Shown here in pieces: positions 10,948 to 21,628 of a stretch of 64,000 bases of DNA. Both the position numbers and the translations under genes were made by a program. The first letter of the stretch is position 1, and the number at the start of each line of letters is the position of its first letter. This stretch comes from a virus. The notes under the pieces were generated by a model. That model searched no databases. It had not been told where the DNA came from and saw only the letters and a list, made by a program, of their open reading frames with translations. The stretch lies in IMG/VR virus record IMGVR_UViG_3300031539_000014; one strand, 5' to 3'.

Positions 10948-12264
10948 CTATTTGACTAAAAGCATCTTTTTCGTTTCAGTAAAATCACCGGCCTGGATTT
11001 TATAGAAATACATTCCTGATGGAAAATCACCGGCATTCCAGGTTACTCGATATTGCCCGGCAGGTTGATCGATACCAGATATGGTTTCAATATGATGACC
11101 GAGGAGATCATAAATATCTAGCTTAACATTAGTGGGCTGAAAGAGAAAGTAACTGATCGTTGTTGAAGCATTGAAAGGGTTCGGATAGTTTTGCTTTAGC
11201 GAACACTTTAACGGCAAGCTAACAATATCCTCTAATACATCTTGGGCATCACAGCCTACTCCAAACGCCCCGATATTATTACTGTCCTCGCCAGTTCCTA
11301 TACAAGGGGAATCACTCTGTAATAGATAATTGGCTGTATCTGACCAACAAAATAACGGGTCTTCGTGAATATTGTGGACCCCCAAAACCGTTGTATCCTC
11401 GACGTCGCTGTAAGAAATTGAGTATATACTGCTTCCGTGAGTAGTGAAGCCATTATTCCAGACTATGGTGTTAGAAATGATCACGTCTGAATACTGTTCC
11501 AGGTACACTCCTGTTCCAGGATAGTTATCGGTAATAGTAGTATTTGACATCAAGAATTTGGAATGATACGCGTATAAGCCGCCGCCTTCGGTTGAAGCTT
11601 CGTTGTTGGCAATAAGGTTGTAGTGAAATTCTGGTGTTGGTTCTTGCATGTTCTCGGACATAAAAATGCCGGCTCCTGTCACAGCATGATTATTGCAAAT
11701 ACGGTTATAGGAAATAACCGAATATGACCAACAAATAAAGATTCCTCCGCCTCTCTCGACAGCGGTATTATCGGCAATTAGGTTTTCGGAAATTACAGGA
11801 TTTGAACCGGTCCACAGAAAAATTCCGCCGCCCGCATCATTGGAAATATTATTAATGATGTGATTGTTGCAAATAATCGGATCGGAAGAGATACAACTTA
11901 TGCCCCCTCCATGATTTCCACGACCATTCTGAATAGTGAAGCCGATTAACATGGAATTGCTTCCTGCGTAATAATTCTGGTAATAGAACGTTACTGTTGA
12001 CCCAATTAAGCTACCATCGATAATGGTCTGATCGATATAATTGGTGTCTTCTGTTGTTAAAAACAGTGACCCTAGGACAACAGCGTGTTCTTCAAGATAA
12101 ACGTTCTCATAGTAAATGCCCGGTTGAACCAGCACCGTGTCGCCATCGATGGAGGCATCGATGCCCGCCTGGATAGTGGCGTAATCGGCGGGAATGTTGG
12201 TAATAGTAGCTGAACCCGACAACACTATCCCCATTAACATTAAAAAGCAAAGAAGAGATTTCAT
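10948..12264 (-). CDS. Secreted right-handed beta-helix (pectin-lyase-like) protein with T9SS type A C-terminal sorting domain
   Basis: Signal peptide; IPADYATIQAGIDAS.DGDTVLV.PGIY.ENV start; GGGI repeats; C-terminal QNYPNPFN...GMYFYKIQAG..TETKKMLLVK. Confidence 0.9.
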   Translation of the reverse strand: MKSLLCFLMLMGIVLSGSATITNIPADYATIQAGIDASIDGDTVLVQPGIYYENVYLEEHAVVLGSLFLTTEDTNYIDQTIIDGSLIGSTVTFYYQNYYAGSNSMLIGFTIQNGRGNHGGGISCISSDPIICNNHIINNISNDAGGGIFLWTGSNPVISENLIADNTAVERGGGIFICWSYSVISYNRICNNHAVTGAGIFMSENMQEPTPEFHYNLIANNEASTEGGGLYAYHSKFLMSNTTITDNYPGTGVYLEQYSDVIISNTIVWNNGFTTHGSSIYSISYSDVEDTTVLGVHNIHEDPLFCWSDTANYLLQSDSPCIGTGEDSNNIGAFGVGCDAQDVLEDIVSLPLKCSLKQNYPNPFNASTTISYFLFQPTNVKLDIYDLLGHHIETISGIDQPAGQYRVTWNAGDFPSGMYFYKIQAGDFTETKKMLLVK

Positions 12265-12327
12265 TGGAACTCCTTTTTTAAGATAATATTATTCTTTCAT
12301 TTTCTTATACCCTAATTAGAGTAAATA

Positions 12328-13701
12328 ATGGCAAGTAAAATACAAATAAAACACGAACAGCCACTTACCTTAAAAGTAACTGGCGCGACAGATGATTCCG
12401 GTGGTTCTGGAATCAAATCTTATAGTATATATTATACGGTTGTAGCTTCTGGTATTCAGCCGGATATAACAGACGCTAAATTACTTACAACTATAGACCA
12501 TCTTACAAGTATTCCTTCTACTTTATTTGCTTACACGACAAGTGGTTATCCGTCATCAGGCGAAACAGCTTCCGGTATTGTTCGTGACCATTATCACAGC
12601 GACCATATTTTTGAATATGAGTGGGACGGCTGGGAATCAGAAATGGAACATTACTTTTGGACATTGGCGGAAGATTTTTCTGGAAATAGTAGTGTTTTGG
12701 CATCAGGCGTTCATCCTGGTAACCCTATTTATAAAGAAGCAGATTACCAAGCTGTATATGCAAAAAATATTGCTCCTAAAGTTTCCGTTCAGAATAATGT
12801 TTTCTTATTTACAGGAAAAGGGACTCAAGTTTTTAAACACGATATTGTTGGAAACAATATACAACTTTATGTTCCAGCTGAATCAGAGTTAAGAATAATA
12901 TCCCCTGATCGTTCTGAGGTCATTGATAAAGGAATATTGGAAGGATATCATTATTTTGAGCATGCGGACGATTTGTTAATATTTGTAAGAGTTTCTGATT
13001 GGGAAACTCCAGAGGGTAATTTATTAGTTAGTGGAATTGTGACCAGCCAAGCTTATCTTTTAACTGATAATGACATAGTAATCGGGCAACTGGAAGCAGA
13101 TTATGGTGCAAATTTTCCTTATTTATTAAATATGTTTTATGGCGGTAAATCGTTAATACCACATACGTCAGATTTTATGTTTGGTTTAGAAGACGATGCC
13201 CATCCCCAATATCTTTTAATAGACGGTACTCGAGATATGGCGGGTGATCTAGACATGGGAACCAACAATATTACAAATGTTGGTACTGTAGATGGAGTAA
13301 TTGTTAGTGGCCTGGTTTCTATATTATGGGCGGATTCTAGTTATAGTCTTGCTAATGATGGTGTACCGTCAACTAATGAATATGTTCAAGATGATGCTGC
13401 AACAGTTAAAATAAGAGTTTCATACGCCCATCAATCTATTTTTAAATATATGCATTTAGATTGTAAAGCTTGGGTAGATGTGGGAGAAAATACAGGCACT
13501 ATCACATTAACCTGTAATAGTGTGTCTGATGATATTATGGTACCGAATGGCCTTGTTGGGGCGCAAGACTTGCCTTCAGCAACTATTAGTTTGTCTACAT
13601 GTGTTCCAGGGAACTGTTACCAAGTTACTGTATCATTAAAAGCAGAACAGGCTGGAGAAGTTGTTAGAATGCGTTATCCTGTAATTTACTTAACGGTATA
13701 A
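12328..13701 (+). CDS. Tail fibre-like protein
   Basis: DDAHPQY and MAGDLDMGTNNITNVGTVDG motifs common in phage tail fibres. Confidence 0.5.
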   Translation: MASKIQIKHEQPLTLKVTGATDDSGGSGIKSYSIYYTVVASGIQPDITDAKLLTTIDHLTSIPSTLFAYTTSGYPSSGETASGIVRDHYHSDHIFEYEWDGWESEMEHYFWTLAEDFSGNSSVLASGVHPGNPIYKEADYQAVYAKNIAPKVSVQNNVFLFTGKGTQVFKHDIVGNNIQLYVPAESELRIISPDRSEVIDKGILEGYHYFEHADDLLIFVRVSDWETPEGNLLVSGIVTSQAYLLTDNDIVIGQLEADYGANFPYLLNMFYGGKSLIPHTSDFMFGLEDDAHPQYLLIDGTRDMAGDLDMGTNNITNVGTVDGVIVSGLVSILWADSSYSLANDGVPSTNEYVQDDAATVKIRVSYAHQSIFKYMHLDCKAWVDVGENTGTITLTCNSVSDDIMVPNGLVGAQDLPSATISLSTCVPGNCYQVTVSLKAEQAGEVVRMRYPVIYLTV

Positions 13702-13768
13702 TAAATGTGTTGATTTTTAGTTGAAAAAGGAGTATAATTAAACTATGAACTTAGAGATGCAAATATAG

Positions 13769-14209
13769 ATGTCAAAAATTTTAATTGCCGGCAAACAGGC
13801 AACCCATATCAATATAATAAAATATATTGGAGATACACACGATATTATTACTGTAATGACTTTTAATGATATGCAGAAAATTCTTTCTAATGGGTATTTT
13901 GATTTTATATTAGTATCACAAAATGGAGATACTACTGATGTTACACGGATGCTGGAATATACACGTAAGCGTAGTCAAGAAGCTGTAATTATAGTTTTAT
14001 TAAATAAACCACTACTCGATCATGAAACCGTTGATTGGGTGCAATACCTGGCAAAAAATGTAGGTATAGATTTTTTTGTTCCCTTCTCTAGCGAGGCGGG
14101 CGAGATTTTAAACATAGCAATTACAAGCGCTACAACCAGGTTAAAACAAAGGGAATTAGGTCCTCGATTTGAGGAGTTAGCTAATAAGATTTTAACTAAA
14201 CTTTCTTAA
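13769..14209 (+). CDS. Receiver (CheY-like) fold protein, atypical
   Basis: KILIAG...FDFILVS beta-alpha pattern; canonical phospho-Asp not evident. Confidence 0.4.
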   Translation: MSKILIAGKQATHINIIKYIGDTHDIITVMTFNDMQKILSNGYFDFILVSQNGDTTDVTRMLEYTRKRSQEAVIIVLLNKPLLDHETVDWVQYLAKNVGIDFFVPFSSEAGEILNIAITSATTRLKQRELGPRFEELANKILTKLS

Positions 14210-14221
14210 ACAGGGGGGCTA

Positions 14222-14497
14222 ATGAATCCAAAACAAGAAAGTCTTCTGTTAAACATTATGGAAGGCGTTAATGACAAGCTGGATAAACAGCAAACCAAAT
14301 GGTGGGTTAAAATTGCGATTATATATGGCATAGTAATTCTTCTGTTGGGTGGGCTAGCTCACTGGAACAAGTCTCAAGACGCTACTATAGAAACTTTAAA
14401 AAATGAAAACCATAAGTTAGAGTTAAGAATACAAAAATTAGAGACTCAACGCCAATTTGAAAAATTACGTATACCGGATAGTACAAAACATGAATAA
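14222..14497 (+). CDS. Small membrane protein (holin/spanin-like candidate)
   Basis: One TM helix plus coiled coil, upstream of endolysin. Confidence 0.35.
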   Translation: MNPKQESLLLNIMEGVNDKLDKQQTKWWVKIAIIYGIVILLLGGLAHWNKSQDATIETLKNENHKLELRIQKLETQRQFEKLRIPDSTKHE

Positions 14498-15386
14498 AAC
14501 CCTAATACAAACAGTAGTTTTAATAGCTGTCCTAGTTATAGCAGGAATAGTTATAAAATATATAGTTATCAATAAATTTATTGGTGAGACTAAGCAGCAG
14601 ATATCTAAAATTGTTCAGTTAGAAAAATTAAATAAAGATCAAAAAACGATGTATGAAGACTCTCTATCTACAATCTGGTCTTTTACAACAACCAAAATTA
14701 AAAATCTTGAAAAAGAAGTAGACAACTTAACTGATAATTATCAAGCATTTATTGATAGCTCAAAGGGAACTTTGTCAGCCGTCCATACCGGTAAAGGTGA
14801 AGTATCTATATCAGATACAGTACCAATCTCTGATATAGAAGATTGGCCAGACACATTAAAAATAACTACCCCTTGGGCTGAATTTTTCTATAACAGAAAA
14901 CTGGAAATTGCTTCTATTAAATTAAATTTTCTGGTAAAGTTAGAAGGTATTGAAACTTCTGATCCTTACGGCAATCGTCAAGCTATAGAGAGAGTTTTTC
15001 TAGAATCCATACTTACAGGTGAAACAAGACCAGTAAAATGGGAAGCTAATTTTACGTTTTTCAAACAAAGTAAAAAATTATGGCATTGGTGGAACCCTAA
15101 AATCCATTCGGGCATATTATTAACTAAACCGGTTCAATATTGTTTATCGGCTAATCTAATGTCTTTTGGTCTGGACAAATATATTGAAACTACCGCGTTT
15201 TATTTTTTAGATATCGGTGTAGCCAGTGACTTTCAAGATAAAATTACCATAACAGGAATCCCTATTCTTTTGAATATGGGAAATTTTTTACCTTTTATTT
15301 CTAACGTAAATATAGGCCCAGGTTTGGGATTTGAAGTTAATTCTCAAAAACCTGTATTTATTATAAAAATGGATGTTACTTTTTAA
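14490..15386 (+). CDS. Membrane-anchored coiled-coil protein (spanin-like candidate)
   Basis: N-terminal TM helix from ATG 14490, coiled coil, lysis cassette position. Confidence 0.35.
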   Translation: MNKTLIQTVVLIAVLVIAGIVIKYIVINKFIGETKQQISKIVQLEKLNKDQKTMYEDSLSTIWSFTTTKIKNLEKEVDNLTDNYQAFIDSSKGTLSAVHTGKGEVSISDTVPISDIEDWPDTLKITTPWAEFFYNRKLEIASIKLNFLVKLEGIETSDPYGNRQAIERVFLESILTGETRPVKWEANFTFFKQSKKLWHWWNPKIHSGILLTKPVQYCLSANLMSFGLDKYIETTAFYFLDIGVASDFQDKITITGIPILLNMGNFLPFISNVNIGPGLGFEVNSQKPVFIIKMDVTF

Positions 15387-15441
15387 TTGACTTATACTAT
15401 TTTTATATGTATACTAAATTAGTTAAACCAAAATAATCACA

Positions 15442-16098
15442 ATGTTCAATTTAAATTACCCATGGCTTTTAGCAAAATCGTTGATAACCAACAAAAAAGT
15501 AGAGTATACTTTTTCAACGCCCGACGATACAGTTCAAATACCGGAACTAAAAATAAATGATATTTCTATGGATTTGCCTTGGAATCCCGATAGAAAATGG
15601 GGAACACGTCCTCTGTCTATTATAGACAGTGTGATAGTTCACCAAACATTGGCAGCCAATCAAACATTGGCAGGCATAAATAAATATCATATCACGCCTG
15701 GACCAATGAACCATATTTCATCGAAAGGGTGTCCTCATATTTGTTATCATTACGCGATAGAGCCTGACGGTAGGTGTTATAAATTAAACGATGACAGATA
15801 TATAACGTGGCATTGCAAAGGTCACAACGCTGCTTCCCTAGGTGTTTTGGTTAATGGTAAATTTAGGGGACCAAGAGGGCTATCAGACTTTGAAGGCGAC
15901 GATCCTTCAGTGGCTCAAATACACACTTTAAAAAGACTTTTAAATATTATTGTTCTACCTTACGGACGTACAGTTAAAGGCCATTGCGATTACGATCCAC
16001 AAAATAAGTCGGCGTGTCCAGGCTATGTAATAGAAGAACAAATTACCAATTGGAGTAAAAACGGCGGATATAACTATGAAAACACTAATAAACTTTAA
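15442..16098 (+). CDS. N-acetylmuramoyl-L-alanine amidase (endolysin)
   Basis: IVHQT, HICYHYAIEPDG, WHCKGHN, GHCD...KSACPG zinc amidase_2 motifs. Confidence 0.85.
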   Translation: MFNLNYPWLLAKSLITNKKVEYTFSTPDDTVQIPELKINDISMDLPWNPDRKWGTRPLSIIDSVIVHQTLAANQTLAGINKYHITPGPMNHISSKGCPHICYHYAIEPDGRCYKLNDDRYITWHCKGHNAASLGVLVNGKFRGPRGLSDFEGDDPSVAQIHTLKRLLNIIVLPYGRTVKGHCDYDPQNKSACPGYVIEEQITNWSKNGGYNYENTNKL

Positions 16099-17176
16099 TT
16101 ATGACGCAACTGATGAAGTAACTAGCGGAGATATAGCAAAGATCGCTATGTTAGTTAACATTTCAAATATAAGCGAGGCCGCCAGGAAAACTGACATTCC
16201 ATCGCAATTTGAAATGTTTAAATTAGCTGATGATCAATGCGCGTTAGTTATTAAAGACCCAAAGCACGGGTATATCAAAAAATACGCAAATTATAATCGA
16301 GATCTAACAGAATTAAATACATTCTTTTTCTTACAGAAAGCCGGGTACCTGCCAGACGAAATCAATAAAACCGCGGCTTATTATCTTTTGGAGGCTAATA
16401 AGAAATTTAAACTAGAGCCTCCGGAAGAATTAAAGAAACTAGCAGGTAAAAATATAAAAAATAATATTATTCACATAACGTCTATAGATCCTGTTGTGTA
16501 TCAAATGAAATTGGCACATCGAAAAAACGAGATAACAAAAACAGCTATTCACAAATTAAAAGATGAGCAGTTCGCATTACCTAAACAAAGAAAATATCCT
16601 ATTATAAATGAAGAAACAATTAAAACAGCAATGATGTATTTCGGTGCTTATAATGACCAGTTAGACACATTAGATAGAATTAATTTCGCCGTTAATACAA
16701 TTCAGGCGGCTAAATCTTTTAATATTGAACCAAGCGAAGACATAAAAAAATATAGCCACTTATCTTTAAATAATATAAATCCTGATTTTAAATTTCAAAT
16801 AAGAGAGCGGCAGTCTCTTGTTCTTGAGTCTGAAATAAAAGAATTGTACGACGATATTCTAGAAAAATCGGCCGAACTGAAACCTATTAAATTAGCGGCA
16901 TTACTTCGAAAGGCCGATGAGTTAGCAGGTCTGAAGAAACATTGGGGAAATTTTATTGAAGACCCCATTATTTCAACTTTAGACGTTATAAAAGAGGCAT
17001 CAATTAAAATTGGCGAGATTACACTAACAAAAACTGCACTAACTAAATTATGTGCTAAAGATGTTTCTAAATGGATCGATGGGAACACTTTAAAGGAATT
17101 ACAAGGACCGGATGGATTAGACGTTTTTGCCAGTTTACCAAAACCAACACAAGATGGATTATTGACAAACCTCTAA
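16076..17176 (+). CDS. Hypothetical protein
   Basis: 366-aa ORF coupled to endolysin. Confidence 0.6.
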   Translation: MKTLINFNYDATDEVTSGDIAKIAMLVNISNISEAARKTDIPSQFEMFKLADDQCALVIKDPKHGYIKKYANYNRDLTELNTFFFLQKAGYLPDEINKTAAYYLLEANKKFKLEPPEELKKLAGKNIKNNIIHITSIDPVVYQMKLAHRKNEITKTAIHKLKDEQFALPKQRKYPIINEETIKTAMMYFGAYNDQLDTLDRINFAVNTIQAAKSFNIEPSEDIKKYSHLSLNNINPDFKFQIRERQSLVLESEIKELYDDILEKSAELKPIKLAALLRKADELAGLKKHWGNFIEDPIISTLDVIKEASIKIGEITLTKTALTKLCAKDVSKWIDGNTLKELQGPDGLDVFASLPKPTQDGLLTNL

Positions 17177-17188
17177 TCAACAAACGCT

Positions 17189-17458
17189 ATGTTGTTGTAT
17201 CTTTTACTGATCGAAATAGGCTCAGCTTTAATAATATTAGCTGGGGCAATCCTTGTTTCGGTAACAATAAAAAAAGCTATAAAGGAACAAGGATCCAAGA
17301 AAATTGAAGTAAGTATGACAGACCGGTCTTATATGTCTGGTAAAAAAATTAGTCCTGTTGTTGACGTAAAAGAACTAACTAAAATAGCTCTGCAGACTAA
17401 ACCTGCCAAAGTTAATATAAACACTGACACTACTATCTTCGATGGGAAATCCAAATAA
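17189..17458 (+). CDS. Hypothetical membrane protein
   Basis: 89 aa, N-terminal hydrophobic helix. Confidence 0.5.
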   Translation: MLLYLLLIEIGSALIILAGAILVSVTIKKAIKEQGSKKIEVSMTDRSYMSGKKISPVVDVKELTKIALQTKPAKVNINTDTTIFDGKSK

Positions 17459-18596
17459 GGAAAGACTCTTACACTTAATAAACCAAGGTCTTTCTGTTGA
17501 ACAAATTTCTAAACAATTAAGACTGGCGGATTCCAATGATTTATTTTATATTCTTGGAATGTACAGTCTTAAATTAAAACCAAAAAAGCAGGATGTTACA
17601 AATATGAGCGCAGGGTTAGATATTGGCACTAGCCGTCTATTATCAGCAAGAAACGACGGCCCTCAAATAATTTTAAAATCACAAAGAGATGCTTTTTTAA
17701 AATTACCTTCAGGTAAACAAACACAGAACGCGTTAAAACGACTTTCTGTAAATTATATTGAATTAGAAGGAAATTATTTTATTGTGGGCGATGACGCTTT
17801 CGAATACGCACATGTTTTTCCCGCAACTGATTTAAGGCGACCAATGGCTTCTGGTATGTTAAATCCAGCAGAACCTGACGCTTTTCCAATTTTACAAGCA
17901 TTAATTCATAATCTTTTGGGGGACCCAAGAACAGAAAAAGAAAAATGTTATTATTCTGTACCGGCCCCGCCCATAGATGTTGATAAACTTACACAATATC
18001 ATTCGGACATTGTGGGTGAAATAGTAAGATCTTTAGGATACGAGGCACAACCTATTAATGAGGGATATGCCGTAGGTTTGATTGGTTTAGAAAAACATAA
18101 TCTAACAGGTCTCGCTTTATGTTTTGGCGGAGGATTAGCTAACGCTGCGGTGCTATATAAAGGATTATCAGCCTTACAACTATCTGTCACAAAAGCTGGA
18201 GACTTTATAGATAATAACGCATCTCAGGATACTGGTATACCTAAAGTTCACATTACTGCGTTAAAAGAAAACGGAGAACTGGATATCTCTCAAACTCAGA
18301 CTACTAGGGCCGGGCAAGCCATTAAATCTTATTATTTATTAGTTATCAGGCACGTGCTTACCAATTTATTAGAACAATTTAAACTAACTGAAAATATGCC
18401 TCATTTTGACGAGCCAATTGGTGTAGCCTGTGCAGGTGGAGGAGTATTAATAAAAGGATTTGCTGAAATATTTAAACAAGAGTTTGAAGCTATGGAAATG
18501 CCTTTTAAATTAAAAGATAACGGACTTGAAATTATAGAAGATTCTCTCTCTGTTGTAGCTCGTGGATGTCTGTCGGAGGCTTTGTTAGATGAATAG
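17442..18596 (+). CDS. Actin-like ATPase (MreB/FtsA/ParM superfamily)
   Basis: GLDIGTS (phosphate 1), CFGGG (phosphate 2), ACAGGGVLIKGF (adenosine), VARG (connect) motifs. Confidence 0.85.
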   Translation: MGNPNKERLLHLINQGLSVEQISKQLRLADSNDLFYILGMYSLKLKPKKQDVTNMSAGLDIGTSRLLSARNDGPQIILKSQRDAFLKLPSGKQTQNALKRLSVNYIELEGNYFIVGDDAFEYAHVFPATDLRRPMASGMLNPAEPDAFPILQALIHNLLGDPRTEKEKCYYSVPAPPIDVDKLTQYHSDIVGEIVRSLGYEAQPINEGYAVGLIGLEKHNLTGLALCFGGGLANAAVLYKGLSALQLSVTKAGDFIDNNASQDTGIPKVHITALKENGELDISQTQTTRAGQAIKSYYLLVIRHVLTNLLEQFKLTENMPHFDEPIGVACAGGGVLIKGFAEIFKQEFEAMEMPFKLKDNGLEIIEDSLSVVARGCLSEALLDE

Positions 18597-19245
18597 TTTT
18601 TTAAAAGAAGCGATTCTTATTAAAATAGGTAAAAAATCTGTAAAAAATGATACCTTACGAAGTACCGTGGCTGGTGGAATTGCTGGTGTCGTTGGAACAG
18701 CAGTTACACAGCCACTTGATAATGTGGTAGTTCAAATGCAGAATGAATTGAAGGGAGTTGCCGAGGCACGGGCTAAAGGATTAAAGGCACCAATTAAAAC
18801 TGTTAATAGTGCAAAAGATTTTTTGCGACAAGTAAAATTACAAACTTTAGCAAGAGACACCTGGACAAAAGTTACTCCCATTAGAGCACTTAAAGCTGGG
18901 ATATCTACTGCCACTATTTTTGGTGCATATGCCGGCTTGAACCAATTAATGAAAAAACAAAGTTCTGTTTATAGCGATTTTGGGGTAAAGCCGGGAACTA
19001 CTAAAAAAACCGAACCAACTACTTCCAGATGGACACCGTTAGACGCTGAGTCCAGATTAACGTGGTCTAAATTAACCGGCCATCAGAAAAAACAAGTTAA
19101 TCAAACTTTCACAGATATGCCGGACAGATTGCGAGATCATAATAAAACTTATTTTGTAAAAGAATTAAAAAAAGGAAGAAAGTTCGATAAACTTTTGGAA
19201 CGTATTACGCAAAAATTACAAAAACAACCCAAGGCAGCACTCTAA
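18589..19245 (+). CDS. Hypothetical protein
   Basis: 218-aa ORF overlapping neighbours. Confidence 0.55.
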   Translation: MNSFLKEAILIKIGKKSVKNDTLRSTVAGGIAGVVGTAVTQPLDNVVVQMQNELKGVAEARAKGLKAPIKTVNSAKDFLRQVKLQTLARDTWTKVTPIRALKAGISTATIFGAYAGLNQLMKKQSSVYSDFGVKPGTTKKTEPTTSRWTPLDAESRLTWSKLTGHQKKQVNQTFTDMPDRLRDHNKTYFVKELKKGRKFDKLLERITQKLQKQPKAAL

Positions 19246-19754
19246 TGACTATAAATGAAATAATTATGTCTACAGAAGAAATTGAACCTGAAACTATTAG
19301 ACAGATGTTTCCCACATTAAATGAATTAGATATAGAAAAAGTGCACGCGGCCAGGCTTATTATTCATACACGATTTCCATTTGAAGATTTTTATGTATTT
19401 GAGGACACTGTTCTGGCTTTAAACGGGTCTACTCCTGATTTTAGTATTTTACAAGGTTGCACACCTGAACAAATATGGTATGCTGTTGACATAATGACTA
19501 AGTTAAGACCGCAGGTTGAGTTTTCTTGGGAAGTGCAAGCTTATTGTAAATGGATGTCAAATGATGCAGGCGTTTATATTTATCCCCCTGTTTTTGATGA
19601 TTTAGATAATCCTTATTATGAAAAAGCCGTAGAATTAGCAAAAGGCGAACTAATAGATAACAGTTCGATTGAATCTACTCAAGCAGGAAAATATCTGGTA
19701 ATACAAGTTTATATAAACCGCACGAAAAAAGAACAAAATACGGAGTGGAGGTAG
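19245..19754 (+). CDS. Hypothetical protein
   Basis: 169-aa ORF, coupled. Confidence 0.6.
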   Translation: MTINEIIMSTEEIEPETIRQMFPTLNELDIEKVHAARLIIHTRFPFEDFYVFEDTVLALNGSTPDFSILQGCTPEQIWYAVDIMTKLRPQVEFSWEVQAYCKWMSNDAGVYIYPPVFDDLDNPYYEKAVELAKGELIDNSSIESTQAGKYLVIQVYINRTKKEQNTEWR

Positions 19755-19762
19755 ATTAAATT

Positions 19763-21628
19763 ATGCCAGTATCAAGCACCCCTTACCCTATAAGTGACTA
19801 CCCATCAAACTACGCTAAATATCCTTCACCATTTTTTGATTTGTCGCGAACTTTTGTTCCGTCAAAAATTAAAACTTTATTTAAATTTTGCAGAGTCTTC
19901 TTTTATAAAAATGAGTTTATAAACAGTGTTCTCTATAAACTAACTGAATATCCAATTACAGACTTAATTTTCAAACATAAAGATCAAGAATTAAAAGATA
20001 AGTATCGGGAATTATTTAATCACTATTTAAAAGTTAGAACCTTATTAATAGAGATTGGTTTAGACTATCATACTTTTGGAAATTGCTTTATATCAGCCAC
20101 TACAAAATTTAAAAGATATTTGACATGCCCACAGTGTCAGCATACTGTTCAAATCAGTGAACAAAAAGATTTAAAATTTAAACAATATAATTTTAATGGC
20201 ACTTGTCAAAATTGTAAAACTCAAGTAACTTTTAAAATAGATGACAGACCACTAAAAACTCCAGACGCAATTAAATTTATTCGTTGGCAACCTGAAAGAA
20301 TCGATATTGATTATGATCCGCTTACTGGCGAATCTATTTATTATATTTCAGTTGATCCAAAAATAAAACAAGGTCTGGTACAAGGATCAAGAAAAATATA
20401 TGAACGCACCCCATTAATATATATTGAAGCTCTCAAGAAAAAAAGAAAAATTCAACTAGACAGCAATAATTTATATCATTTTAAAAGACCAACTCTGGCC
20501 GATGAAGATATGTCCTGGGGTAAACCTGTTTTACTTCCAGCCTTAGGCATTATTTGGTATATGCAAACTTTACGCCGTGGAAATGAGGCAATTGCTTCAG
20601 AACATATTATTCCTCACAGAGCAATATTCCCCGCCGGTACTGGTAATCTGGACCCGTATTCACAAGTAAATTTGACAAAATGGAGATCTCAAGTAGAAGC
20701 TCAATTAGAAAAATGGAAAGAAGACCCTAACCATATCGGAATATTTCCTATACCTATGGGAATGCAGTCTATGGGCGGAGATGCTAAGTCTCTAAACGTA
20801 ACTCCTGAATTAAAATTTTTGGAAGAATCCGTTATTAACGCATTAGGCGTTCCTATAGAATTTGTAAAAGGCGGGGTTAACTGGACTGGGTCATCTATAT
20901 CTTTAAGAATTGTAGAAAATCATTTTTTAAGTTATAGGGAACATTTATTGGATTTTCTTAATTACTTTATGATTCCTAAAGTTGCTGAATTTTTAAAATA
21001 CCCAACAGTGGCTGTTGAAATGAAGAAATTCAAGATGGCTGACGACACGGAATCTAAACAATTGGCTATTCAACTTAATCAACTTGAAAAAATTTCTGAT
21101 TCCAAACTTTTGGAAGATTTTGGTTATGATTATGACCGAGATAAAGAAGCCAAATTACGAGATATCGAATTCAGATCTGATTTATCTGAATTAATGTTGG
21201 CCAGACAGTCTCGTGCACAAGGTAAGGCACTTGTTGTACAAATGAATTATCAGGCTCAAGGCGAAAAAGAATATTTAGACACTAAAGCTACAATGAGAGA
21301 AAAACTATTCGCAGATGAAATAGCTAATGAGAACGCTAAAGTTAAAACTAAGTCAGAAAATTTAATAGAAAAATATACTTATGAAGTTATGTCATTACCA
21401 GAGGAACAACAGATTCCAATCTTAGAAAAAATGTATGCTAAAATACCGAACACTGCCATGGCGGTCGTAAATAGAATAAAAGATAGTCAAGCAGGTGTTC
21501 CTTTAGTTAATGGAACTAAACCACCGGCCGATAATCGGGCGGTTGAAGCTGAACAAGAAAAAAATAAAGTAAAAAAAGTAGAAGGAAAAAAAGATAAAAG
21601 CAAAGCCCAAACACGAGGTAACCCATAA
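19763..21628 (+). CDS. Probable portal protein with zinc-ribbon insertion
   Basis: 621 aa; portal-like layout (YHTFGNCF, YHFKR, WGKPVLLP, GIFPIP), CPQC...CQNC insert. Confidence 0.6.
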   Translation: MPVSSTPYPISDYPSNYAKYPSPFFDLSRTFVPSKIKTLFKFCRVFFYKNEFINSVLYKLTEYPITDLIFKHKDQELKDKYRELFNHYLKVRTLLIEIGLDYHTFGNCFISATTKFKRYLTCPQCQHTVQISEQKDLKFKQYNFNGTCQNCKTQVTFKIDDRPLKTPDAIKFIRWQPERIDIDYDPLTGESIYYISVDPKIKQGLVQGSRKIYERTPLIYIEALKKKRKIQLDSNNLYHFKRPTLADEDMSWGKPVLLPALGIIWYMQTLRRGNEAIASEHIIPHRAIFPAGTGNLDPYSQVNLTKWRSQVEAQLEKWKEDPNHIGIFPIPMGMQSMGGDAKSLNVTPELKFLEESVINALGVPIEFVKGGVNWTGSSISLRIVENHFLSYREHLLDFLNYFMIPKVAEFLKYPTVAVEMKKFKMADDTESKQLAIQLNQLEKISDSKLLEDFGYDYDRDKEAKLRDIEFRSDLSELMLARQSRAQGKALVVQMNYQAQGEKEYLDTKATMREKLFADEIANENAKVKTKSENLIEKYTYEVMSLPEEQQIPILEKMYAKIPNTAMAVVNRIKDSQAGVPLVNGTKPPADNRAVEAEQEKNKVKKVEGKKDKSKAQTRGNP

